64,000 nucleotides of DNA, from contig CM102286.1 in the NCBI GenBank assembly GCA_046563655.1, forward strand, positions 5,270,001 through 5,334,000, in the 5' to 3' direction. Made by a program: the position numbers and the translations under genes. Within the stretch, counting starts at the first letter, position 1, and the number at the start of each line of letters is the position of its first letter. A model generated the notes under the pieces. That model was not told where the DNA came from, did not search any database, and saw only the letters and a list, made by a program, of their open reading frames with translations. Source of the DNA: Yuukianura sp. NJ FZ-2021. Its lineage: Eukaryota. Positions 53,301 through 64,000 of this stretch are shown here, one piece after another.

Positions 53301-54302
53301 CTTGCTTCTCTCGCACCGCGGCGGTGAAGCTTATCTCTACTGCTACAGCAGAGTTCGTAAAAGCACAAAAGTGAAAGCTTGTAGCAACTGCCTCTCCCAG
53401 AGGTTTTCATACACAAAAGAAAAAGAAAGTTGCTCATTTTTGCGGAAAAAAAGAAGGAAAAAGTAGTTGACGTTCTGATCTTCATCACAGTTTTTTTTTA
53501 ATTTTCCACATGAAGACTTGCTCCAAAATTGCTCCCTTTTCAACTTCTCAACTTCCTTGTCTTTTACACAACTTCTTACAAAAATGACATTTCTTTTGGC
53601 AACTTTTCTCAAGAAAAAAACTTTCTTTATCCTTTTTTGAATAATTTGAACAAAAATGAGATTTTTTCTTTAGGGAATTTAATTTCCATTTATATAAAAA
53701 TCTTGTTACATCAATTTCAATCAAGTTGAATTAGTCTTGGTTGAAGATAACAAAAGCATTGGAGGATCCCAAAAACACTGGACAGACTCTGTTCTTAATT
53801 CAGTTAATTTGTGGCCTTGGATCAAATCTATTTGATTTATGAGGTTAAGGAAGTTTATCACGTCTCTACTGCAAGTTTGTCGCTCCAGTTGCTATGCTTT
53901 CACTCTTCGATTCGACTCACTGGACTAAGAGTCTTCATTTAGTTAGCAAAAACTAGAGAAGCAGAAGCTGATGATCCTTGGAGCTCCGACTGACCTAATG
54001 AAACAGTCCAGAATAAGTGGCTGACTTTTTTTTTGTCCTTTTCTGCTAAAAGTAGTTCACTAGGCAGCGGGGAAAGCGTCTTTCTAAAAAGCGCTGCTGG
54101 TGAAATGATGATTGGGTTGATCGCTGAGATCGCTGGAAGGAACTTCATTGCCTTTAACTTCCACTGGGCTCGGCTCCAACCCTTTCAATTTTTTTCATCT
54201 TCACCCCAGCTCCTTTCAATTTCATCTCGAGATCTCGGAGAGACTTGACGAAGGATTAGAATAAGATGAGTTCACTGCGACTCCAATTTCCTCTATTTTG
54301 AA

Positions 54303-54939
54303 TAGGGTTGTTCAAGTTCCGGTGCCAGAAACGGAACGGAACTTATTTCCGGTGTCGTTTCGTTTCCGTTTCCACATTTTTTGGAAACGAACTTTCGGTT
54401 CCGTTTCCGTTTCGTTTCCAGTTCCATGGTATGATGGAACCGTTTCCTTTAGGAAACGGAACTGGAACTGGATAAATTTATTTTAGCGCAAAATTTGAGC
54501 GCGAATCTCGAACTAGAAAAAAGAACAATAACATAATGTATTAGCAACACTAATTTAGACAAGATTGTGTAGATTGAATATGTTTGAAGTGAACAAATCG
54601 ATTATTTTTTGATTTCTTTCTTAATTTGAACTCAAGTGTAACAGATAGTCAGGCTCCGTCGACATCATCATCCATCGACAATATGTAATTTAGTGATTCT
54701 AGCCCGAATGACGTTGAAATTGACCTTAAAGATGATTTTTGAAGATAATTCAGCTGCCAAAGGTGGCCGCAAGAAACAAATTTCGTTTCCAGTTCCGTTT
54801 CGTTTCGTTCCAGTGCCGTTTCGTTTCGTTTCCGTTTCCCCGTTTTTAAACTAGTTCCGTTCCATTTTCGAAAACTCGGTTCCGGTGCCGTTTCCGTTTC
54901 CTCGTGGAAACGGAACGGAACGGAACTTGAACAACCCTA
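54303..54939. mobile_element. Non-autonomous hAT-type MITE, 637 bp
   Basis: 19-bp TIRs TAGGGTTGTTCAAGTTCCG ... CGGAACTTGAACAACCCTA. Perfect 8-bp TSD ATTTTGAA (54295-54302 and 54940-54947). Many subterminal CCGTT(T)/AACGG repeats, no ORF. Confidence 0.92.
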
Positions 54940-55267
54940 ATTTTGAACGCGGGTTGGGTTAGGCTAGGCCTCTGGCATCACAACATCCCATATCTAAATG
55001 TAGGTTACTTGAACATTCTCTGACTTCCTTCAAAATGCGAAACTTCCAAAATCTGTTGTTGTTTGATATTCGATCGCACATTGATCTAGAAACTGAGAAC
55101 TAGGAGTCTAGTTTTGTTGTTGTTGAAATAAGATCAACTTTGTTCTTTGGCATAGAGCCTGAGCGAAGGCTAGGAATTGATTATCTTCACAAGGATTCTT
55201 AGGCTAGTTTTTCCCAGCAGCGTCTTACACTGACAAATCGTACAGAGGTCACCGAGATCCAACTCAC

Positions 55268-55436
55268 CATTAACCTCGGAGTTTCTCCGTTTTGAACCAA
55301 ATCGATTGAGACTGAAAGGACTTTGTATAGCAGTTTTGGTTTTGCTGGAGGCGTTTCTTTCTCCAACATGGAATCCAATTTAACGTCAGCTTTTAACTCG
55401 TGCGTGGGAGCCACTTTTGTGGAATCAATCTTTAAA
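55268..55436 (-). other. Candidate isolated exon of an unidentified minus-strand transcript
   Basis: Pyrimidine-rich acceptor CACTTTCTATCAG, a 169-nt open frame (LKIDSTKVAPTHELKADVKLDSMLEKETPPAKPKLLYKVLSVSIDLVQNGETPRLM) and a consensus donor ATG|GTGAGT. No recognisable homology and no partner exons found. Confidence 0.25.
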
Positions 55437-55510
55437 CTGATAGAAAGTGAGTGTAGGAATCAGGAATTTTCAATTTTGAAAAACTGTTGTTTCTTATCCG
55501 CAAAAAAAAC

Positions 55511-56464
55511 GATTCCATGTGAAATGGCCAAAACAATTTGGCCAAAAGTGAAATGATCAGAGGTGAAAAGGCCAGAAGTGAAATGGCCAAAAAGTGAAAA
55601 TATCAGAATTGAAATGGCCAAAAAGTGAAAAGGCCAAAATCTAAAAACGCCAAAAAGAAAATGGCCAAAAAGTGAAATGACCAAAAAGTGAAAACGTCAA
55701 AAAGTGAAAAGGCCAAAATATGAAAAGGCCAGAAAGTGAAAAGACCGGAATTAGAAAAAAAATACTTTCAGTGGGTAACTCGGTTTTCTACATTTTTTTT
55801 TAATACAGATATAACCCCCTGCCATGAAAATATATTCTTTTGCCATCCGCTTAAAATATTTCGAATTTTTAGAAGATGTAGAAAATGGGAAAAATACTCC
55901 ATGTTAACTTTTTCTAAACAAACAAATCCCATTTTTTGAAAGTTATAACCTATAACTTTCCTATAACCTAACCTATAACAAAATTGTTTAAGCAGTTAAA
56001 GACGTAACCTAACCTAACAAAATATAAGCTAAGACATATTTTGAGAAAAAATTAACGTGTGACCTTATAGCAAAATTGCATTTTTCATAATTTTCTGAAA
56101 ATTCGAAGTTTTTGAGAGCGGGCCAAAAAATATTTTTTTTTCATGGTCAGGAGTTCATATTTGCAATTAAAAATAGAAAATAAACAAAATGCGAGTTATC
56201 CACTGAAAGTAATTCTTTTCCTAATTCTGGTCTTTTCACTTTTTGGCGTTTTCATATTTTGGCCTTTTCACTTTTTGGCGTTTTCACTTTTTGGTCATTT
56301 CACTTTTTGGCCATTTTCTTTTTGGCGTTTTTAGATTTTGGCCTTTTCACTTTTTGGCCATTTCAATTATGATATTTTCACTTTTTGGCGATTTCACTTC
56401 TGGGCTTTTCACCTCTGATCATTTCACTTTTGGCCAAATTGTTTTGACCATTTCACCTGCTACG
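55511..56464. mobile_element. Foldback/MULE-like non-autonomous element with ~260-bp arms built of 15-bp tandem repeats
   Basis: Left arm ~55519-55781 (units like GTGAAATGGCCAAAA) is the reverse complement of the right arm ~56192-56456, including the unique inner block TACTTTCAGTGGGTAACTCG / CGAGTTATCCACTGAAAGTA. Flanked by AAAAAAAC on both sides (55503-55510 and 56465-56472), a candidate 8-9 bp TSD. Confidence 0.8.
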
Positions 56465-59400
56465 AAAAAAACTAAAATTAACTTTGTTTTTTTTTAACCT
56501 CAAGTCAACTAACATTTCTAAATTTGCCTTGAGGGCATGTCATGAGTTATGACAAGTAACTCTACAAACTGTTGAAGGTTTGAAGGCCTACTTGTATCTA
56601 GGCTTTAATACGATGATGTAACCGATTTTTGAATTTTACCGCCAAACAAGTTTATACTGAAAGTGTTAGAACGATATGCAGCGTGATTCAATTTGATGGA
56701 ATTTGTATTGTACGAATCTCACCATACGCTTTCAGTTTCCAGTTTTCTGCAGAAGCAACAAAAATTTTTAAGCAGGCAGTAAATGTTTTTTTCAGGTGAG
56801 GAGGTGAAGTGAAGTTGCATTTCCACTTTGTGTTTAACAATATTTTATGATTCGAATTTCCTCTTATTTTCATTTTTCAGCATTTTATGAACTTATAACC
56901 CTACAACTTTATTGAGAATAGTATTTTGTCATTTGTTCCGTCCGCAATTCCTTAGCGTGCGTTTTCAATAGCTTCAGGCACAACCCACATATCAATTTCA
57001 CCAATTTTACTTTCTCCAAAAAATTTTTACGATGCTCTCAACACCCGTAATACTACAATACTTTTCAAATATTATGTTTTACAGTTTTAATTAGTGTTTA
57101 GGTATATTAATTTATATTTCAATTTGATTAATTCTAATTTCCTTAGCGAAATTTAATTTCCGACACCAACAATATTGAAATTATTTGAAACGGCTGCTGA
57201 AGCAAAGCTAATCAAATGTGCGTAGTCCACGAAACATAATACATATTTAAATTTAAAGTTAGGTTTTGTCGTGGATGTAAACATCCACAACTCGGTTTCA
57301 CAAGATACTAAACCTGTCACTCACTTTTCCTCTAGGAACCACAAGTTGGTGTTCTATGTTTTGAGTTTGTCTAAATTTGAGATTCAAAACTACACGAACG
57401 TGGAGTTTGGAACAGACTAACCCAACCGAATGATTAAATGCTTCTGTTGCTTTAGTTTATATCAGTCAAGCAAAAAAGAACACAATTGAAATTGTTAAAT
57501 CCAGAAGAACCGAAATCGAACTTCATTTCAAATGAAAATGTGACCTACAAAAAGAACTTTTCGGGGAGAACAAAATTTAGAGTGAGTAAACTCTGGCGGG
57601 AACTGCTGACTCCGAAGTTGGAATTTTAATTAAATTGCGTCAATGAAGTAGGAATCGAGGACTGACAGTTGAATTGAACTCGGAGAAAACAGAGAACCAA
57701 CTGTAACATATTTTATATAGAATAGAGCATATAGAGAGACGTGCGGATAATTAAAGGGAATTGGAGAGAAGATGCTGCCGTAGAAGATGGTGCCTATTGT
57801 TAAAAATAAATGAGTCTCCCGCACTACTATTCAGCAGGCAACTCCATCCGATTTTTCTTTGTTCGACGAAAACTTTGGGTCTGGACGGACTCAAATGTCT
57901 CCGTGGAATGGACACTAAACATTAAAGTTTAATTCCAGGGAAAAGTCAACAGTTAGACTTTATTCTGACTTTCTCTCTGTTCATGAAGCTCCACTGAACC
58001 TTGACAGAGAGACTTAAGTACCCCCACCATTCTTTCTTAGTCTGTCCAACTCCAAACTCTCACTACCACCAGATTTGGACTTGAAAGCACAAAAGAAAAG
58101 CTGAACAGCATCTTCTGCTGGCTGGCTGTCCTTAGCAGCCAACCAGCAGCCAAACCCATTGATTCATCCGATTCAGCTTTCTCTCGCTTTTTCAAAGTTT
58201 CACATTTTTCGTGGTTCAGTTCTAAAGTGCTATCTCCACTTCAATCCAACTTGAATTTGGGGAAAGTAGAACAGAAGAGGAGCTCAAGATCTTAGTCAAG
58301 TGAAGTGAATATCCTGAATTCATTCATCTTCTGAAATAGCCTCTTCAATTTTATGGATGATGACAGCATTGCTTCAAACGTTGTGGATTCAACTTCAAAT
58401 CATCAATTATGTTTTTTAGCTGGCGGTTTTTTTCTTGTAGAAAAAAAATGATCCAAAAAATATGAACCAGAATCTAGGTCTTCTTCAACATTCTTCTTTT
58501 AAATACACCTCCAGAATCCTTTGTTTTCAAAAGCTGCTCAACGTCGTATTTGTTTTGATTAAAAAAAATTTAGTTCTCAATTTTTGGCAAAACTATTCCA
58601 ACTTCATTTTGTTTTGGGAAACCTAGTAAGAATTTCTATTTTTGCATAAACGAGCTCACAAAGAAATGCTGAAAATGCTTGCAAGCTTCTTCAACATTCT
58701 CATAGATATTTGCAAGCTTCTTCAGCATTTTCCTTGAAAGAATCATATTATTTTGACTAGAAGTTGGTCGGTTTAGAAAAGACAAGATGGTTTCTTCCCT
58801 CCTGGGTGTAATAGCAGTTCAAAATTTACTATCATATCGCATACCTTCCGTTGTGTCGGCCCTAGCAACGCCCTTCTCGGAACAGCCTCCTATGCCCAAA
58901 ATTGGTCCAGAATGGTCCAAATATTGGCTTCCTTCCTTTTCACCTGCTTTCTCCCTAATGCTCCCAATTCCCGTTCCCTACTTGGCATAAATGTGAATGT
59001 CCTTCTGCGTAGGCCCTTAAATGTTCCCGGATGCAAACCTAACATAAGTTGTAGTTTCACTACAGCTAGGCAACTTCTTCTACAGTGATGGCCTCCTTCC
59101 AACTTGTTTTTCGTACACATTCAAAATTGTTGCTCACTTTCCTAAAATGCTCATTTGATGCAAATCGATTTCCGGAACCTTTGTTGTCACCTTCTCAAAA
59201 CATTTCATGCTACACAAACTCCGCATTCTACATTTCAAACTACAAATTTCGAGTTCCAGACTGTACTTTGTATTTGTTAAAAGTTAAGCCTAGTTCACAC
59301 AGTTTTGAAGCGCAGAAAAGTTTTAACAAGATTGTACATGCAAAAGCGAAACTTGGAAACAAGTTATAAACGCTACGTATAGTTAAAACTACAGTTATAC

Positions 59401-62400
59401 GTTTAAAATCTAGTGCAGGTTAAGCTCTAAAAATGAGGACTAATAAAAGCGACTAAAAATATCTAGTGAAAACAAAAACTTATTAGAAGAGTTAAACAAA
59501 AGCCGTGTACTAATTAACTAACTACAGTCACGCAGTGACTTCGTTATAAACTAAAAGCGTCACAGTGGAATTAAAATGACAAAGGGAACTTTTGAAAATG
59601 ATGGAGAATGCTACTCAAATTTTAGTTCAAAAAGAAAAGGGCATCCTAAAATATTCAGATGTTTTTGCCAACAGACATTTTGTTCGGTTCTTGGACACAA
59701 GTACAATGCTTTTCCTGTCCTTTTGAACGACGTAACTATCACCATCAACCATCTACAGGAATTCTTCAAAGCTTCCAAAATGCCATCAGCATAGTATCCA
59801 TGTCCAATGAAAACAGTGACAAGCTAACGGAGCCCTTCAAAAAAAGCATAACATAAAATAGGGGCCCTTGGACCTGACTACCTCATTTTTCCCCTGTCCT
59901 AGTCCTTAGTCGTTTGACTTTGAGGGACTTAAGGGTAAGAAGCGGCTGTAAAAACAAAGAAACCTGGAGCTGTTCTCACAGTTGTCAGAAGTGGGATCCA
60001 CCACTTTTAAATGCTAAGTTCAATTTCGACTTTAGTTTTTTTTTCTGAAACTGAAGCTGGAGTCCAAGAAGAGACATTAGGGATCACTTTGTACCTTTTA
60101 ATGAGCAGGGAAACTTTTTCCAGTGTTCTTCCGTAGCTAACAGTTCGAAGTGGAGCAGAGACTTAAGCATTAGATCTTCCCTTGTAATGAGCCTTAGTCT
60201 CCAGAATTCGTCTTCGGGGACGTTTGTCATGTGGAAAAGAGTTAACTAAATTTTTAGGGCGGAAAGTGGCTTTTCCTTGAGAAGATTAAGAGGCACAGAT
60301 CAGAGAAGGAAAATAACACGCTCCGTGTGGGAAAAGGATAATGAGCCATTTCCAAAAGAACAAAAAGTCTAAATCAGCACCAGAATACACAAAAAAAAAT
60401 TGGATTTCAAAAGACCCGAGAAATGGCTTCAAGCATTTCAGAACTAAAATAGAGAATTTCCACAAAGTAATTTTCATTTTCATTGGAGGACTACTACACT
60501 ACTACTATAAAACTTTAGTGTAACTCTGACTTTGGCAAGGTCAACTCCAAGGAGAGTGAAAAGCTGCATTGCGATGCAATGTTATCGAGCGGAAGATATT
60601 GTCTACTGCTTTTGAAAATTAAAAAAATTGTGGTGCTTTTCAACACAAGTGCTTTTTGAGAAAAAACTAGAAAAAAATCATTTGAGCGGAACACGTCCAA
60701 TAATTATTCTGGTCCACTTTAATTAAGTGTGCATGGAAGTGGCCCATTACTATCATGTACAGCAATAGAATTAATGTTGAATTTTGTAGGCAGGGGAAGT
60801 GATTGTAGTGTTAATTTTGGCCATGTTTTCTCGTCTAGTAATAATAGTAACTCTGGTGCGTGGAAACTTTGAATTTTTGGAACTGGGAAAGTGTAATTGC
60901 AGCAGAAGTAGTTTTGGTTCTGAACGTAAAGATGAGAACTGTAATTAAAATCTTTCCTACTTCCCCTCCCTTCATTGCGTGTATGGGATTTATTCTTCCT
61001 GAACAATGTTGCCTTTGGTGTTCTGGAAATGGAATACAGGACGCCTGGAACGTCGTAAGTTTGAATGTGGCGCTGATTATCGGAGGGAACATTTAATTTA
61101 CATAAGCACTTTCCCTTTGAAATCAGCATCTTTGTACAATAGCATACTTTCTGGTAAGTAGACTAAACAAGCCGCTTAAGTTGCTGTAATTTAAAGAAAA
61201 ATTGGTTGACGTGTTGCATAACTTTGTGGAAATGAGCCCGTTCTTTTAGTAGTAGAAACCTTCATTAAATATAATTGCCTTAATATACTATACACTGCAT
61301 TCAGATAATGTCCTAACCTAAACATAAGTAAAACTAACCCATTTTCCATATTGCTGACCCAAATACATAACCAACGAAAATGTAATTAGAATCGTTTTGT
61401 GTGAAACCACAAATTCTTACAAACTTTTTTTTACATCAACGCTTACAATTTTTTTGAATTCCAATTATACACAGAGAATTGTTTCTTAATCTTAGCCTTT
61501 CATCTTTCAATCTTAAAGCTATTCATCTTTGTAGGGTGTGTTTTGCTTTCAAACAAGTTTCAAACGCTTTTGTTTTGAAAATTTGCTTCGTGAGAATCCA
61601 GAAACTGGATTTACGCACTAACGTTCCATTTCTGGGAGGGCTTCCTGGACAATGAAACTGACGTTGTTAGTTGATTTGTAAAAACTAAATGTCAATGTCA
61701 CAATTAATTTAGTCTTTGACACAATATAAAGACAGGACTGTGAATTTCAGGTTCGAAGTGTCACTAGCAAGCGACTGTTTCATCAATGAAAACAAGTTGA
61801 ACTTTTGTCCATGTCATTTTCGTAACAATGCAACTTCGAAATTCCCTGACATGACCAATTTATTTCACTACTTGCTTTGTTTAAATTGAAAATGTATAGC
61901 TGGTTTTGGAACCAGCGTATCTTTGTTTCTGATTTAGGTAGATATGTTTATGCACGAAAATTTGCAATTTTGTTAAATTCAAGTCAAGTCCAGTAGTTGA
62001 ATGGACTTGCACGATGAATGGTCTCAATCTCTGCACGATCAGATTGAAAGTCAACCAAGATTGTTTAAAACGTCAGTCTTTTTCTTAAAAGTTCAGATCT
62101 TTTTTCGACTTTTATTTTCTTTCTCTACTCCGCCTGAAATGTTCAGTGTGAACAAAAGCGTTGGAAAAGTTTTCAATTCTTTTTGTGAGTTGTCTGGAAG
62201 TGCTGTAAACAGCATTTAGACAGTAAGTACCGCACAGAAGTTTTTAAAAAATTGGTTACCTTAGCTATTTCTTGGCAGGTCAACTTTGTTGCTAAGCTGG
62301 AGAAGAAAGGAGCGTAGGAAAGAAAGTTTTGGTTGCTTTTAGTGGAAGTGGAAGGGGTCTGGGCAGGAAGGAAGCCGTGGAATATAGAATATAGAAATGT

Positions 62401-63437
62401 AAAATGCCTTCCTTCCTCCAGATCCCATTCTTCCTCCGAAGTCCCTTCCTTATGGCTTAGTTTTTAGAAATAAGTTTTCCTAGTCCTCCTATAAATCTTC
62501 ATCTCACGGAATTTGTGCCAGGGGGAAAAGAATAAGGAAGGGTTTGCCAGTGGAAGTGAAAGTAAAAGGAGGAAGATGAAATCAAAATAAAAGATTACTT
62601 TCCCTGTGCTTTCACCTTCCTCTCTCTTTATTCCTTCACTCAGCCGCATCCAAAGAGAACTCAGTTTAATCCTGTCCAATTGGATTCTCATGGACTAGAA
62701 AGCAACTGCATCTAATCACTCTTCCCTTCCCCACTTCAATACTCAACCACAAATGGATTTAAGGCCATTTCTCCACTCACGAACACAATTTCTTACTTCA
62801 GAATCCTTCAATGGCTCAAAATATGCATACTGTAACTTTCTCAAAAATAGAATTCGAATCCTAGTATAATCGAAAACAAATGCTTGTAGTTAATCCTTAT
62901 CAAAACAGAATTTAGATAACAATTCACACGATACCTAATGTGTCACTAACGTTATTTGGGAAAAGTCAGGGAGACACTAACTTTAGCTAAGGTAGAAAAG
63001 CGACTCAGCGTTGAATTAGCGCGTAACGAGAGCACAAACTTATGTTAGGAGAAAGCATTTTTCGTTGACCTTTGGAAGGTTTTCAAATTTTTGTAAGCTA
63101 CTGCATTTTGAAAATTTTACACAGTTGTCAGCAGGCTTCCATCTAACTACCCCGAAAATTTCATCGTGCAGTAATATAAAATACACCTTTTTTTGAGTGG
63201 GCCCAGGACACCCCAGTAATCAAAACCATTCTTTTATACAATTTTTATATAGTATTCATGAAATTCATATGTAAAGGCTCATATTTGATTTTTGTCTGAA
63301 ACTTATTTTTTTTTATTATGAAAACTGTTTCTTTGTTGCAAACGCAGTCACAAAAAAGATTCTTAATCGTGGCTAAACTTCCCCTCTAAATTATGTCCTT
63401 CCTTTGGCTGGATCCAAGATAACAAAAATTCGGCTTT

Positions 63438-63553
63438 TGTACAACTTTCGACCTGTCGTGTCATAATGATCAATGAGCTCGTCTACCACTGAGCTACGAC
63501 CAGTGGTGGTGCTATTTTGTGTCATACGAAGCTATACATCATTACTCCCCTCC
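63438..63553 (-). mobile_element. Possible LTR-retroelement remnant or tRNA-derived repeat
   Basis: Minus strand: purine tract GGAGGGGAGTAA directly followed by TGATG (PPT plus LTR-start-like), then a tRNA A-box-like GTAGCTCAGTGGTAG (63497-63483) and a degenerate B-box-like AGGTCGAAAG. Confidence 0.3.
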
Positions 63554-64000
63554 AAGACCACGCCGATGACCACCCGCTTTCACAATTTTACGTAAAGAAA
63601 AAGAGAAAGAAAAGCTGACATTTTGTTGTTTTTATGTTGTGCTTTTATTTTCTCTTTGTATCATAACGTTCTATGTACAGTTATGTGAAGGTAGGTGGTG
63701 TTATGTACATAGGAGCTGAGTTAATGTCATGTTTAAATATTTCAGCACCGAACAATTGAAGAAGGCAAAATCATTACTTTGGGTTTTTAGAGTTCGGATG
63801 TGAAATAAAAGTAGTTGAGAAGGGCATTTCTTCGTGTACTTTTCTGGAATTATTCCATAATATTTCTAGAACATAAAAAAGGCTTTGTTGAACTTTGGTT
63901 GTAGAATATAAAGTGAGTAAGTCTCAGATTTGTTGGATGGAAGGGTATGTGTTTTCGTAGTCAAAAAATGAAAGACCTAAGCTTCTTTATTTTGGACAGC

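Noticed and set aside
54298..54486. 62-aa ORF
   Set aside because: Lies in the repetitive subterminal region of the hAT MITE and has no transposase features.
55460..56497. Phe-rich ORFs (SLFGHF repeats) on both strands
   Set aside because: Artefacts of the 15-bp tandem repeats in the foldback arms.
57271..57288. Short hairpin GTGGATGT-AA-ACATCCAC
   Set aside because: An 8-bp stem with no supporting context; possibly a transposon end but unsupported.
58664..58732. Short duplicated/inverted motif TTGCAAGCTTCTTCA
   Set aside because: Only two copies; a local duplication with no further structure.
59876..59886. let-7-related sequence (CTACCTCA)
   Set aside because: Only an 8-nt seed match with no precursor hairpin. 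I recognised no conserved miRNA in the window by eye.
63450..63505. Functional tRNA gene
   Set aside because: Only the A-box/D-arm motif is clear. There is no GTTCGA T-loop and no acceptor-stem pairing.

Overview
Eukaryotic genomic DNA, AT-rich, with short (about 55-90 bp) GT-AG introns. It is most likely an arthropod, inferred from a TCAGTT initiator, ecdysone-receptor-type IR1 sites and TTAGG-like motifs. The first ~15 kb is gene-dense: the 5' part of Arl2 (minus strand; its third intron is invaded by Helentron/DINE-1-like DNA carrying a 49-bp satellite), then five head-to-tail plus-strand genes (UPF0545/C22orf39 homolog, KICS2/C12orf66, Aladin/AAAS, RPS6KC1-like pseudokinase, RING-less Sina/SIAH-like gene). 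A DNALI1/p28 axonemal dynein light intermediate chain gene lies at 23.2-24.3 kb. The remaining ~40 kb is gene-poor. It holds a 4-coding-exon gene not shown by the ORF track, encoding a 122-aa Cys/Pro-rich protein (40568-41192, minus), with TATA and Inr and a dense cluster of IR1 (EcRE-type) palindromes just 3' of it. It also holds a hAT MITE with a perfect 8-bp TSD, a foldback/MULE-like element and a possible LTR/tRNA-like remnant. All gene models were spliced by eye, family calls rest on remembered motifs, and no database searches were run.
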